Positions 1 through 14,172 of a stretch of 64,000 nucleotides of DNA are shown piece after piece. The stretch covers positions 186,001 to 250,000 of the forward strand of contig OX597826.1 in the NCBI GenBank assembly GCA_951406725.2, in the 5' to 3' direction. This stretch comes from Octopus vulgaris. Taxonomy: Eukaryota. The first letter of the stretch is position 1. Each line of letters opens with the position of its first letter. Both the position numbers and the translations under genes were made by a program. Below the pieces are notes generated by a model. That model worked only from the letters and a program-made list of their open reading frames with translations, was not told the origin of the DNA and ran no database searches.

Positions 1-544
1 CACCATCACCACTAGCAACAATAATTAAGGTGCTGACAATGATGATGATGACAATTGAAATATAAAAATATAAAAATCTCTGACAAAGGATATTTACAAC
101 ATTTCTAAAAATAACCCAAAAATTGCTGCTTCGGCCAGGGTCAAGATACATGACTCTTGACATGTCCAACAAAGCGTGATGCCTAAACCAATCAGCTCAA
201 CCAACCAATCAGCTTAAGTAATTGAGTGATACTACACACTGATTGGTCAGAATACAGTTTGCAAAACCTAGCACTCTGGAGCCTACCCAGCTGTATTTAT
301 AGCACAGAATCAATCATCTTGCTACAGTCAAAAATTGTGAAACATGACTGTCACCACTACTACATGAACCCGAAGATTGCAGAATTCAATGCATGAAAGT
401 ACTAGTTAAATCAGAATGAACATTTAACATTCTACTATTTCATTTTATTTTATTCAATTATAATATATTATCTTATAATATATCATTATAAGATTGTAAA
501 TAAAACGTGAAAATCAGACAAGGTTGGAATTCCTTTTATTAATA

Positions 545-548
545 TACA

Positions 549-582
<34 letters not shown>

Positions 583-611
583 CATACATATATATACATA
601 TATATATATAC

Positions 612-691
<80 letters not shown>

Positions 692-824
692 CGTGTATGT
701 GTGTGTAGATACATAGATAGATATATAAACAAACAGGCAGACAGATAGGAAGGTAGGTAGATAGATAAGTAGGCATACAGACGGAGAGATAAATAAATAA
801 ATAAATAAATAGATAGATAGATAT

Positions 825-887
<63 letters not shown>

Positions 888-1265
888 CATGCATACATAG
901 AAAGAAAAATTAATCGATCACTAATTCAATTCGTCCGATACGAAAATTATAAAATAGTCAAATGTTACATAACCCCAGATTGAATATCAACTAACGTAGA
1001 ACACACACAAACACACAGCCACAAACACACAGCCACAAACACACACATAAACACACAGCCACAAACACACACATAAACACTCACACAGAGAAACATACAC
1101 AGAGACACACACAGACACGCACACACACACAAACGCACACACACAAACACACACAGACACACAGACACAAACTCACAGACACAGACACATACACACGCAC
1201 ACACACACATAGACACAGACACATACAGACACGCACTCACACGCACACATATATGTATATATATA
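545..1265. repeat. Compound microsatellite (TA)n/(TAGA)n/(CA)n
   Basis: Direct reading; overlapping YI/YLSI/VC ORFs are artefacts. Confidence 0.95.
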
Positions 1266-1719
1266 TTCGCACATATCTATGCATGTAAACCTACAAATAC
1301 ACGAGAAGGACAAACAACACACGTGGCAAAATGAAAGCAAGTGCAATTATTTGTCGTCCAATGAAATAATGAAAGAGTGTCTGCAGCGATTAGAGCTTAA
1401 AATTAGGTTGTTAGAGGAAACAAGGAGCAACGAAGGCATATGCGTTGGTGTGTATCACGTCATATTAATTATGTGTGTGTGTGTGTGTACGAACGAGTAT
1501 ATAGTGTATATGTACTTATGTATACATGTATGAATGTACATGTCCAAAAGAGAGACTGCTAGATGCAAGCAGTATTACGCAACATTTCTTACTGCAGGCG
1601 ACCATTAAAGCGTACACACACACACAAAAGCTTGCAGACTCATACACACAAAAACACGTGCGCACACACACACTTGCCTACATATATACCTTTTGTGTAT
1701 GTATGTGCGCGTATATCTA

Positions 1720-1741
1720 TATATTTATATATATATATTTA

Positions 1742-1820
<79 letters not shown>

Positions 1821-1835
1821 ATATATCTATATATA

Positions 1836-1882
<47 letters not shown>
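1720..1882. repeat. (TCTA)n-(TA)n microsatellite
   Basis: Direct reading. Confidence 0.95.
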
Positions 1883-1889
<7 letters not shown>

Positions 1890-2337
1890 AAAGTTATATC
1901 TTGAGTGACAACAACACTCAAGATATACAACGGACTGGAAATAGAAGTGCTCCAATGAGCTCTATACACTTTTTTTTTATCCAAAGGGAGGCGATAGGAG
2001 CAACAACCACAGGAACACCACAAAATTCAAAGATAGACCAAACACATGCAAATCTTATATACTAGTTTATATCTATACAGTCCGACATATTAGAAATTTA
2101 AAAATTCAGTAATATATAAGTATCATATACAAATAAAAATATAAATACAAATATAAATATAAATATAAATATGAATTTTGCATATAACACGCTTGAAACT
2201 GTTAGAATAAGAGGAATAAATATAGTGATAATAAAATAAAAATATAGCATATCAAGACACGAGTAAAATTCCGGCGAATAGTACATAAAATATAATACAC
2301 ATACAAGCTTACAAAAATATAAGATATACAGAAGTCC

Positions 2338-2434
2338 ATCATTTACGGGCCGTTTCGGGGATGTGCCAATCAATACTAGACATATTAGTACTTAAAATAG
2401 TACTTAAAATTGGCACTCCTCTCGTCAGGATGTC
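2338..2434 (-). ncRNA. Type I hammerhead ribozyme motif, degenerate stem I, long stem II
   Basis: Minus strand: gacatc CTGACGA gaggagtgccaat...attggcacatcccc GAAAC ggccc GTA aatg; stem II pairs over about 12 bp. Confidence 0.65.
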
Positions 2435-2724
2435 CTATGCAACACATATAAAACATGAACAAACACACAAATACATAGTCACATACCGGCCATTCTCAGA
2501 ACACGATAATTACGTACTCCCAGAAAAATTTTTACGCCGATCCTGAATGGAACTTTATACGCAAACCATTCGATACAGTCGCCATAGGAAATTGACAACC
2601 TGCATAGAACACCATGCGTTAAAAATTGTCAAATAGTAGCCCCTTGTGGGCAGTAAAGAAATAATATGTGTGTGTGTGTGTGTGTGTGTGTTTAAAGAAT
2701 GTGGTTGCGTAAAATTTCACGGTA

Positions 2725-2851
2725 AAGACCCCTTCTTCAGGACATTAGGAAAAGCGGTGGTTGGAAAACAGTTTCTGGCTCAGAAGAGTATGTGGAGCAA
2801 CAAGTCTTTTTCCAACCATCACTTTTCCGAAGGACCAGAAGAAGGGTTCTT
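2725..2851. repeat. Imperfect palindrome, probably a decayed HHR fold-back element
   Basis: ggaaaagcggtggttggaaaa (2748-2768) vs ttttccaaccatcacttttcc (2808-2828); outer pair aagaccccttcttc/gaagaagggttctt. Confidence 0.6.
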
Positions 2852-2992
2852 CATCCCGTAATATAGACATACAAGGTAAAACTGCAAATTGTTCTGTTTT
2901 CTTTTCACTTTGTAGTTTACCTTCTCGCATTGTTCCAGCTTTGTACAACTACATTCTTTAAATCATACCTGAGAATACTTCACAACTACCTT

Positions 2993-3057
<65 letters not shown>

Positions 3058-3195
3058 TACAAGTGAGGATATCCAAGATTAGACTGGTTGAATACTTTAT
3101 AATATAGGCACACACATATATGTTATTATTATAAAAACCAAGAAAGAAGACGGAGATAACTTTGATAAAGAAATTATTAATACATTGACAAGACC

Positions 3196-3292
3196 TAAAA
3201 TTGTTTCAATTCATCGCTTATAGTATAAAATCAATAAAATTCAATTTAATTAACTCAATTTGGTTAAATATTATAAGCGAAAATATCATCAG
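3196..3292 (-). ncRNA. Degenerate hammerhead-like motif
   Basis: Minus: CTGATGA...tcgcttata...tataagcga...GAAAC AATT TTA; cleavage triplet and stem I decayed. Confidence 0.4.
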
Positions 3293-3739
3293 CGAAGAAC
3301 GTACAAAGAAATTTATATATATTATATTGAAAACATAATGAAAATATTAAATAATCAAACAGGAAAAATACAGTATATCATTAAAATTAATAACTGTATA
3401 TATTTTTCTATTATGTATTAATTTTTACGACTGTGTTTCATGGGTATAGTTCCACTGATCGTGAGAATCAAAGATCAATTTCAACGGTTAGAACCGACAA
3501 TTTTAATTGCAGGTGTTAAGAAAATACATGATACATGTGTTAGTACACAACGTTGCAACGTTTAGAATCAATAATTTTAAGTGCAGATGTTAAGAAAATA
3601 CATGTTGCAGCAACCTGAGAATGCCGAAATAATTGAACATTTTTACTCCACAACAATCTAGACCAAATTTCGTTAATCAGTTAATCTAAAATCATCTTCC
3701 TCTTTGCTTGAGTGGCCTATGTAAAAGTGTCTCAACCCA

Positions 3740-4000
3740 TCGTTAGTGCATATTCCATCTGCGTATAAAATTTCAAGAAAATCGGTTGAAAACTTTAAAA
3801 GTTATGGCATAAAACAAATGCCCTATAGATGTTTGAAAATTCGATACTGATTAAAAATTATCGATTTTTTTTTTGAAATTCCAAATGCATAAGTGATCGC
3901 ATGGGTATAAGCCCCATACACGTGTCAAGTTTCATCAAGATCGGTTGGATAGTCTCGGAGGAGTTAAAGTAACAAATTCACAAGCACATAAATAGATAGA
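3740..4000 (-). mobile_element. Helitron-like non-autonomous fragment
   Basis: aaatttcaagaaaatcggttg and gtgtcaagtttcatcaagatcggttg motifs shared with the Helitron at 20872-21559. Confidence 0.45.
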
Positions 4001-4009
4001 TATGTACGT

Positions 4010-4480
<471 letters not shown>

Positions 4481-4798
4481 CTACTCTTCACCTACCACTC
4501 GCTTTGAATGTTTAACTCTTTTTAGAAGATGGGTGCGGTTTGCGACACACCTAATTGGCTTTCTCTACTGCTATATCTTCCTCTATCTGTCTCTTGTGCT
4601 CTCTTGCTGTGTTTCCACTTTTCTCTTGCTCTATGCACCCAAAGTATTTCACAAATTTGCACTCAAACACACACACAAACACACATACACATTATTCTTT
4701 TAACACTATGCGTCTTGAAAGAGATCTTAGACAGAATACCACAGCTAGGGGCGTTTAACGATAGTAATGCATGAAGTGTGTGATATATATGTATATAT

Positions 4799-4833
<35 letters not shown>

Positions 4834-5289
4834 TATATGTAAGTATAAGTATGTATGTGTACGCTTCAGTGATGCTATGCGGTGAGAAATTATAAGTTGT
4901 GCAATAGTACATACATTTAGTATGCTTTCTTTTAAGCGTGTTTATATATACACATACACACATGAACATACCTTAATAAAGGCCAATGCATATTTCGTCT
5001 TTACTCCCATATTTTGCGTGACCCCTTCCTTCTCGCTCCAATTTTGCTTTCTTTTTACTACCTAATTTTCTATATAAGCTAATTTTCTATATAAGCTATA
5101 TAGCTATTTTATATATAAGCTATTGTTCACTGCTATCATTCTATCGTTTTTCGAAGAGAGTTTGTATTCGGTAGATGAATTCAGAGACTTGCCTTACTGG
5201 TTTGTTATACATTGTAAGGTCGAGGTCCAGATTAGATCTCTGTCGTAATGCATTCTATTTTTGATACGTTGATAAAAAAAGTCCGGCCT

Positions 5290-5885
5290 CAGCAGTATAT
5301 TTAACAACCATACAGTCAGACTTAGTTGGGCAAACTCTGATAAGAACACAATTGCAGTTACTTCAAAACGATTCCCAAACCACCTAAAATCAAGCATCTA
5401 CAGCACTTGTGTTCTTCCAGTAGTTTTATATTGGCTAGAATGTGTCAACTGAACTTCTGCTGCACTACAGAAACTGAACGTCTTTCAGAATCATGTAATG
5501 TGGCTTATTACCAACACGAAACTTTCAGACCATGTCAGAATTGAAGAGCTAAGACTAATAACCAAAATAGCACCAATAACCTCTGTCATCAAAAATAAAG
5601 TACTCATATTGCTCGGCCACATTAATTGAATGGTTTGAGGCGTCAACAATATTTGTTTGGAAAGTATGAGTAATGGAAAGAGAAACGGTGATCGACAAAC
5701 CAAGAAGCGGAAAAATAATATCACAGCATGGACAGCGTTTGGTATAGTCTCTCCTGAATGCTCTTGCCAAGGTTCGAATACTATAGAGGCAACTCTCATG
5801 TTGTTGCGCATTCTGCTGCAAGTGGGGTAAAGGGAAATTATGATGATGGTGATGATGACAACGACGACGACGACAATGATGACGA
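5290..5885 (+). mobile_element. RTE-clade LINE 3' fragment (decayed ORF C-terminus, (TGA)n-like tail)
   Basis: Hand translation: LKSSIYSTCVLPVVLYWLECVN...LSDHVRIEELR...LLGHIN...GKRNGDR, with stops. Confidence 0.7.
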
Positions 5886-6289
5886 CATAGGCTTATGTAA
5901 TTTCTGCATGTGTTTCTGTTAAAGAAGTAGAAAAAGGCAATGCTATTATTTTCAATTAGCCTTGTGAAATCTAACCGTTCCTATGTTTCTCTAACAGAAT
6001 TTCAAAATATGTTATACCCATCTAAGAAACCTAGCTCTATTAAGTACGGTACTAATAGAAAGCTATGTTAATATGGAATTAGGTATTCATTCCGAGTACC
6101 ATTATTGGGAAGGGCGCCAATTATGCACGGTTATCGCAAAATGGAAACAAAAACAAAGAAATATAAAAATAAATAAGAACTAAGAATCAAACGAATGGCT
6201 TCCTTCATTTCGTTCGCAAAATGCCGTATCAAATAACCTTTTGGAAATGGTATAATCTTAGTGCTGTTACTGACACTCCTACCGTGATG

Positions 6290-7890
6290 GCGATTACCAC
6301 CGCCGCCGCCATAACCACCACGATCATCATCATCACCACCACGATCATCATCATCACCACCATCACCATTACTACCAATACTATGACTGGCTTGTTACGA
6401 CTAACATGACCACCACAACCATCATCATCATTATCATCTTCATCATAACCAACACCACTTTTTCCACTACAAATATCACCACTAGCCCTTTACCACATCC
6501 ACCATCACCATCGCCACTACTTCTGCTACTGCAACACCTACAACTACAATTACTACAACTACTACTACTACCACCACCACAACTACTACCACTACCACAA
6601 CCACCAGCACAAGGACCAACACCACAACAACAGCTACGACAACAATAACAAGCACCACCATAATCACACCATCACCATTCAACCACCACTCCTACTACAG
6701 CTACCAGTACTTCATTTGCTGGCATCACAACAACAACAACAACTACTACTACTACTACTACAAACACCTTAACCATCTCCATTAGTGTAGCCATCACCAC
6801 TTGATAACCTCAATCACAACCATCAAAACCATCAGCATGAACAACACTACTACGATCACCACCACCACTACAACTTCTACTGCAATATTACTATTAACAC
6901 TTCTGGCACCACCACAACCACTGCGAGAACTGCTACCAACACTACCATCTCATGTGGGGTAGAAAGGGCTCCTTAGCCGTAGTGAAGGCAATCTATCTAG
7001 GGAGATAACCTTACAATAAATCACTGGGTCCGTAGCTTAGAAATACTGGGTTGACGTCCAGCGGGAACAGCTTTGTTTCATGGAGGAGGAAATATCTTCT
7101 TTAGTACTTGGTTGTACAATGCTTTCCAATGTGTGTAGTAGTGGCGCGCGCACACATTATTAGCCATTTGAAAAGACTATGGAATTTAGTCTCGGCCACG
7201 GTCGAACAATGATGATGATGATGACCGTCTCATTGAACACTACCCTCCGCTACCACAATAAATACACTTAACATTATCAAAACCACCACGGCCATCTCCA
7301 CAACCACCATCACTACTACCTCCATCACCACTATCACAATCTCCACCACACACACAGCCAAATCAACTAGTACACCAGTACCAACTACCGACCCTATTGT
7401 CACCCCCACCGCTCCCAGCACACCAGTATCGCCTTCACACCCATCCCAATTTCCCCCGCCACTCCACCAACCCGACACACACATCTGCGCAACCACCACC
7501 ACCACCACCATCACCACCACTGCCGCCGCCACCACCACAACCACCACGATCACTACCACACCTAGCACACCGCCGCCACCATCCCAGCCCTACCCCGTCC
7601 CACCCGAGCCCACAACATCCTTTGCATGATATAACCCTGTTTTCTTTTTGGTACAGCATTAAAACAACATTTGCTGGATAACTATTTACTTCGGTAGCAT
7701 TTACCACGCAAAACAACATTGGCACCACCACCACCACCACCACTACCACCGTCACCATCACCACCACAACCACGACCACACGACCACTACCACTACTACT
7801 TCCACCACTTCCACCACCATCGCTACCAACATCATTAGCAGTGCTACCACCAGCACCGGCAATACCTAACACCTACCACTATAAGCACCG
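6290..7890. repeat. Cryptic (ACC/ACT/ATC)n trinucleotide-rich low-complexity region
   Basis: Direct reading; poly-T/P/V ORFs are artefacts. Confidence 0.85.
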
Positions 7891-8245
7891 GTGCTCTTTG
7901 GATTATTTCCCCCATTAAAAAATTGAGTTGTCTGCTCCTGTTTTACGAGAAATATCGATATTTTTGGTTATCTCCATCAACTAAAAAGTTGTTTAATCCT
8001 CAATAAGACAAAACAAAACAAAAAAAAAAAGGAAAAATTAATAAACATGAAAACTTACTAACAAATCATACCATGCCTATTGAGGAGACCAAAAGTCAAC
8101 AATGTGTTGAAGTATTGAATCAAAAGGATTTAACACTTTTAATCGATCGTTTATCGCCACATAAACTCAATTTTTTAGTGGGGAGGTTACTGAATTTCTT
8201 AATGGCAAAAAGTACCTAAGCATCAAAGCTGCCACCCTCACCAAC

Positions 8246-8383
<138 letters not shown>

Positions 8384-8414
8384 GGAGTTAACGCAGGTTT
8401 AAACAAGTATTTTT

Positions 8415-8501
8415 ACTTTCTACATATGTTTCAAAAATTCCACTGATACTTATTCAAAAGAATAAAAGGTATAAACAATGCAATCTTCTCTTCGGGAAAG
8501 T
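8415..8501 (-). ncRNA. Type I hammerhead ribozyme motif (core U4C variant)
   Basis: Minus: actttc CCGAAGA gaagattgcattg...cagtggaattttt GAAAC ATAT GTA gaaagt; perfect 6-bp stem I, palindromic stem III ACATATGT. Confidence 0.75.
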
Positions 8502-8701
8502 GAAAAAACGAAACTTGTCAATACGACATTTTAGCAAAAAATGATGGATTCGTATAGCGATAGACAGAACGCTATTAATATTGTTTAAAAATACGTTATA
8601 TGATATAACGTCATAAATAGCTAACAGAAAGAGTAGGGATATTAATAGTGAATGTTAAATATAAAGGAAATTAAAGTCTAAACTATATATAATGATAGAG
8701 A

Positions 8702-9004
8702 CTACGTATATGCACTAAAAGTATGTTTCTGCCAATGCTTACATCTGTATGCTCGTTCTATAACCGTGTTTACTAGAGTATTTTTAGAAAAAATAATGAA
8801 AAATAGCTCAGAATTGCAGAGAAGACGGAATTTCTTGCCTTTGTCATATGGTATCGAAATTGAGAGGATCAACCATTCTAAATGAAATTGTTCATTGTGG
8901 TCTTTCAAATCCCAAATCAGTTTGCTGAGACCGGTACTATTCCGTTTATTTCTATCCCTAAATGTTGAGTAATGGATAGAAATTCTCTTAGATAACCCTA
9001 ACGA
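8702..9004 (-). pseudogene. Penelope-like GIY-YIG endonuclease C-terminal fragment
   Basis: KRISIHYSTFRDRNKRNSTGLSKLIWDLKDHNEQFHLEWLIL...PYDKGKKFRLLCNSELFFI...RCKHWQKH matches the PLE STxLSxxIWxLK...W.IL...PY...CxLCxxE...CxH pattern. Confidence 0.8.
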
Positions 9005-9195
9005 TGTAAAAATACTTGTTTAAACCTGCGTTAACTCCATTTTTTATTCATATTATTCAAATATTCAACGTAAATACGAAGTTTCAACCTTTATAAACAA
9101 GGAGTTACAACATCTTTACTTGTGAGATTTTTGCTGCCCTGGTAACTATTCATTCATTTATCCGTGTTAATTGTTAACAAGGTAAAATTCACTCA

Positions 9196-9260
<65 letters not shown>

Positions 9261-9439
9261 ATATGTATATATATATATATATATGCATATATATATATAT
9301 ACATATATATATGTATGTATGTATGTATGTATATATATATATATATATATATATTATTTATTTTATTTTATCTAGTTTCAGCTCACGAGCTGTGGCCATG
9401 CTGGGGCACCGCCATTTGGTATTGCTACATAATTTTACT

Positions 9440-9703
9440 TCACGGATGCTTTTTAGCAATTGCCATTTGGTGCATGAGAGAGTTCGATGCAGCTGCCCTC
9501 ATCTGCACCTGCTGCCGTGAAGTTGGTTCATCTGGGACACCTGACAGGAAGAGATCCAGTTTTATTTTAAAGACATCTGCGTCCACCCCATGCAGGTCTC
9601 TCAGGTTCTTCGGGAGAATATTGAAGAGCTGTGGGCCTCTGAAGCCCAGGCTATCACAGGATCTTGTCCTACATCTTGATGGCAAATTTGGAGTCCTTGG
9701 CAC
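9440..9703 (-). mobile_element. CR1-group LINE ORF2 C-terminal fragment
   Basis: SLGFRGPQLFNILPKNLRDL...FKIKLDLFLSGVPDEP; related piece at about 62735-62925. Confidence 0.7.
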
Positions 9704-9704
9704 T

Positions 9705-10392
9705 ATGCTGGTGTGTTTACGTCCCAGTCACTTAGCGGTTCGACAAAAGAGACCGATAGAATAAGTACTAGGCTTACAAAGAATAAGTCCTGGGGTCGAT
9801 TTGCTCGACTAAAGGTGGTGCTCCAGCATGGCCGCAGTCAAATGACTGAAACAAGTAAAAGAGTAATACACAATCGAAAGCCCAGGAAAAAGAGAACATT
9901 TATGGCGCATTAATTCGGAATTGACATCTTTTGTATGCTGAGAATGAATTTTTTATTTGTACCTACAATCGTAGGTGCATCGAGTTATATACCAACAAAT
10001 TTGCACAAAAGCGTTGAAATACTCGGTTTTACGGAAAAAGAGTAAAAGAAACTGACGTGCATTCTTCAAATCCAGTCTATTAGAGGCACATTGCAAAAAT
10101 TCTCCATCTGAGATTCATATGCGAATAGGTGCACAGACTTGGGTGTATGCACCGACAGATCAACCAACACACCAACCCAGCTACATATAAAGAAACATCG
10201 GGAACTTTCTTAACTGGAAAAGCCTTGTCACTTTGTTAGCATCCGGCTTATATGTACGTGTATGTATGTATGTATGTATGTATGTATGTATGTATGTATG
10301 TATGTATGTATGTATGTATGTATGTATGTATGCATGTATGTAGGTATGTATGTATGTATGTATGTAGGTAGGTATGTATGTATGTATGTATG

Positions 10393-10426
<34 letters not shown>

Positions 10427-10695
10427 TGCATGTATGTATATATATACGTGTATGTATGTATGTAGCATGTATGTATGTATGTATGTATGTATGTATGCAT
10501 GCATGCATGTATGTATGCATGTGTGTATGTATGTATGTGTGTGTATGTATGTATGTATGTGTATGTATGTATGTGTGTATGTATGTATGTATGTATGTAT
10601 GTGTGTGTATGTATGTGTGTATGTATGTATGTGTGTATATATATGTATGTATATGTGTATGTGTGTGTATGTATATATGTATGCATGTATGTATG

Positions 10696-10729
<34 letters not shown>

Positions 10730-10760
10730 TGTATGTGCGTATGTGTATATATGTGTGTAT
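9705..10760 (+). repeat. Direct duplication of 33277-34190 (SINE 3' half + about 400 bp unique + (TATG)n)
   Basis: 9866-10259 appears identical to 33431-33824 (offset 23565). Confidence 0.9.
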
Positions 10761-10774
10761 GTGTTTGTATGTAT

Positions 10775-11560
10775 GTGTTTGCCCCTCCAGCATCGCTTGA
10801 CAACCGATGCTGGTGTGTTTACATCCCCGTAACTTAGCGGTTTCGCAAAATACACCGGTAAAATAAGTACTAGGCTTACAAAAGAATAAGTCCTGGGGCC
10901 GATTTGCTTTACTAAAGGCAGTGCCCCAGCATGGCCGCGTCAAATGACTGAAACAAGTAAAAGAATAAAAGGATAGTGGAATATATGCTTGTGTGTGTGT
11001 GTGTGTGTGTGTACGACGGGCTTCTTTCAGTTTCCGTCTACCAAATCTACTCACAAGGCTTTGGGCGACCCGAGGCTATAGTAGAAGACACTTGCACAAG
11101 GTGCTTCTTAGTGGAACTCAACCAAGAAGCATTTGGCTGGAAAGCAAACGTCTTAGCACACAGCCCACCTGTATTTATATATATTCTTTTATTCTTTTAC
11201 TAGTTTCAGTCATTTTACTGCGGCCATGCTGGAGTACCCCCTTTAGTCGAACAAATCGATCCTAGGACTTATTCTTTGTAAGCCTAGTGTTTAGTCTATC
11301 GGCCCCTTTTGCCGAACCGCTAGATTACGGGGACATAAACACACCAGCATCGGTTGTCAAGCGATTGTGGGTGAGACAAATACAGACACAAATATATATG
11401 GGTTTCTTTCAGTTTCCGTTCACCAAATCTACTCACAAGGCTTTGATCGGCTTGAGGGTACAGTAGAAAACACAGGACAAAGATGCCACGCAATGAGACC
11501 GAACTTGGAACCATGTAGTTGGGAAGCAAACTTCTTACCCCACAGACATTCCTGCATCTA
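10775..11560. mobile_element. Cluster of tRNA-derived SINE copies (3' half on +, two copies on -)
   Basis: Matches the family at 33052-33430 and 48990-49396 (catcgcttgacaaccgatgctggtgtg...gactgaaacaagtaaaag). Confidence 0.85.
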
Positions 11561-11585
11561 GCTTCGTACCACAGATCCACGCCTA

Positions 11586-11679
<94 letters not shown>

Positions 11680-11707
11680 GAGAAAGAAGCAACAAGAATG
11701 GATTGGT

Positions 11708-11798
11708 TTTTAGTACAATTGTTTCATACAAAGACAGGCTTTATTACAAGTTGCAAAAATTGCAGCAGATAAAAGTGTCCCGTACTCATCAGCTAAAA
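11708..11798 (-). ncRNA. Type I hammerhead ribozyme (mirror copy)
   Basis: Reverse complement of 12168-12258. Confidence 0.8.
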
Positions 11799-12167
11799 TA
11801 CATTTGAGTTCTCTAGACATCTTAGTGGGTGAGGTTATACTCATGAGATATTGGAGATAGTTCCATTAGAGGCAGATATAGGTTGTAAACAGTTTTCAAA
11901 GTTCCTTAATGATGATGCACAGTCTTATCACAGATTTTTAAAAAACTTATTAGTTTCGAAGAGAAGATGAATCAATCCATAGTGTAGATTTAAATTTAAA
12001 TTTCCAGAGATATGAAGAGGATGATGCACAAACTGTGATAAGACTGTGCATCATCATTAAGGAACTTTGAAAACTGTTTACAACCTATATCTGCCTCTAA
12101 TGGAACTATCTCCAATATCTCATGAGTATAACCTCACCCACTAAGATGTCTAGAGAACTCAAATGTA

Positions 12168-12258
12168 TTTTAGCTGATGAGTACGGGACACTTTTATCTG
12201 CTGCAATTTTTGCAACTTGTAATAAAGCCTGTCTTTGTATGAAACAATTGTACTAAAA
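12168..12258 (+). ncRNA. Type I hammerhead ribozyme, intact core
   Basis: ttttag CTGATGA gtacgggaca...tgtctttgtat GAAAC AATT GTA ctaaaa; predicted cleavage after 12252. Confidence 0.82.
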
Positions 12259-12404
12259 ACCAATCCATTCTTGTTGCTTCTTTCTCGTTTATAATCACCC
12301 CACATTACTGTATGGATAACACCATATAGTTTTTCTGGTGCATCTAAGTTAAGTACCACATTCAAGTAAATTCATTGGAAGTTACTTGAATCTTAATTGC
12401 TTTG

Positions 12405-12444
<40 letters not shown>

Positions 12445-12482
12445 TAGATACATGTACATACACACAGACACACAGACACACA

Positions 12483-12547
<65 letters not shown>

Positions 12548-13091
12548 GATTTAAGAATAAAACCATTCCCAAGATTTCATGCGGTGACATGAAATGAATC
12601 TGATCCCTCTTTGGTTCGAAGCAAACCGCTTAAGCATAGCAACAGTGTCGTTGATTCGCTTAAGTATGAGCGCGTGAGAATTAACATATTTGCAGAAGTC
12701 ACCAGAATCACATACGCGCGCGCGAATAACACCATCCCGATTAGATAAAATATGATGCCGATTTTTTGCATCATGCTTAAAAATATTTGTGTGTGAGCTA
12801 TGAAAGACATGCATAAATATGAGCGCACACACACACACACACTCACACACACACACACACACGCACACACAGACGCTTTCACAGACACGCAAACACGCGA
12901 ACGTAAAACGGAATGACATGCCTATCAGTTTCTCGTTTTCTGTGTTTAATGGCTCCAAATGTGTGTATTTTCAATATAATGAACTAAATGTGTTTGTCGA
13001 TAAAATTTCATTTTAGGCTATATTTAATTAATGTACAAGATTGTCTGATCATTTATTAGCAAATCATCATCATCATCATCATCATCATCAA

Positions 13092-13122
<31 letters not shown>

Positions 13123-14075
13123 TAGCGTCGTGAGGTGGCAGAATCGTGACCACGCAGAACAAAATGTTTCCCTGCATTTCTTCTGGCGCTTTACGTTCTG
13201 AGTTCAAATCCTGCTGGGGCCGACTTTGCCTTTTATTCTTTTGAGATTGATAAAATACGTACCCTGGAGCCTATAGTAAAATAAGTGTTATTTTTCTTTT
13301 TGCGACTCCCTCTCCCTCCCTCCTTTCTCTATATCTCTCTCCCCCCTCTCTCTCTCTTTCTTTCTCATTTAAACACTTGAAATTTTGATTCTGACCTATA
13401 TAATATTTTCATTCTCAAAATGGCTAGGTATGCCAAAATGAGGCTTCAAAAAATTTTGAGTGTGTTATTGAATACTTTAGCATGATAGAATTTATCAACT
13501 TTAACATTATTGAGGTCAATGAAAGATTTGAAAGCAAACTGAGTAGACAAAAAAAAAAAAAAAACCTTGTCCAATTAAGACAGCAACTGGATTTCGCCAC
13601 TGAATTCCACGTATACGATTTCACTGCTGTATCTTTCAATTGCTAACATCCACTTTTGTCCTCTCAAAAAATCTTCCTCGCTGAGGTTCCGATTTGAAGT
13701 GGACTAAAATTACCTCTTTTGGAGTCAATTTCCTAATAAGCATGTCTATGACGCCAAGCTCTTCATTTTTCAAGTATATTATTTCCGCACGTTTTTCAAG
13801 CATCGCCTCGAGTTGATTAATGCCCTATGGATGAAATTTGGTGAAAAGAAATTTTTCGGAAGGCTTCAGTAGGTTATAATATACACTATAATTTCTTCAG
13901 TAATTTTTTTTATTATACGGATGATTTTCCTATACGTAAACATTCAGTAAAATGGGAATTTTCTCACATTTTTGCATTGAAACTCACCATGTGAGAACAT
14001 ACTCTAATAGTTTTACAATGAAACTGTTATATGAAAGCATAAACTTGTATCTTTACTTATATTATCTCGTATATT

Positions 14076-14167
<92 letters not shown>

Positions 14168-14172
14168 CATAT

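Larger units (their letters stand above)
11679..12408. mobile_element. HHR-containing fold-back (Penelope-like) element: 255-bp inverted arms, 99-bp spacer, 3' extension, in (TA)n
   Basis: 11679-11933 is the reverse complement of 12033-12287. Confidence 0.85.

Noticed and set aside
185-305. Three CCAAT motifs and a minus-strand TATAAA
   Set aside because: No associated gene or transcript evidence; common short motifs
1895-1927. 13-bp perfect hairpin after (TA)n (similar one at about 48645-48673)
   Set aside because: Too short to assign; no HHR core nearby, although it could be a tiny fold-back remnant
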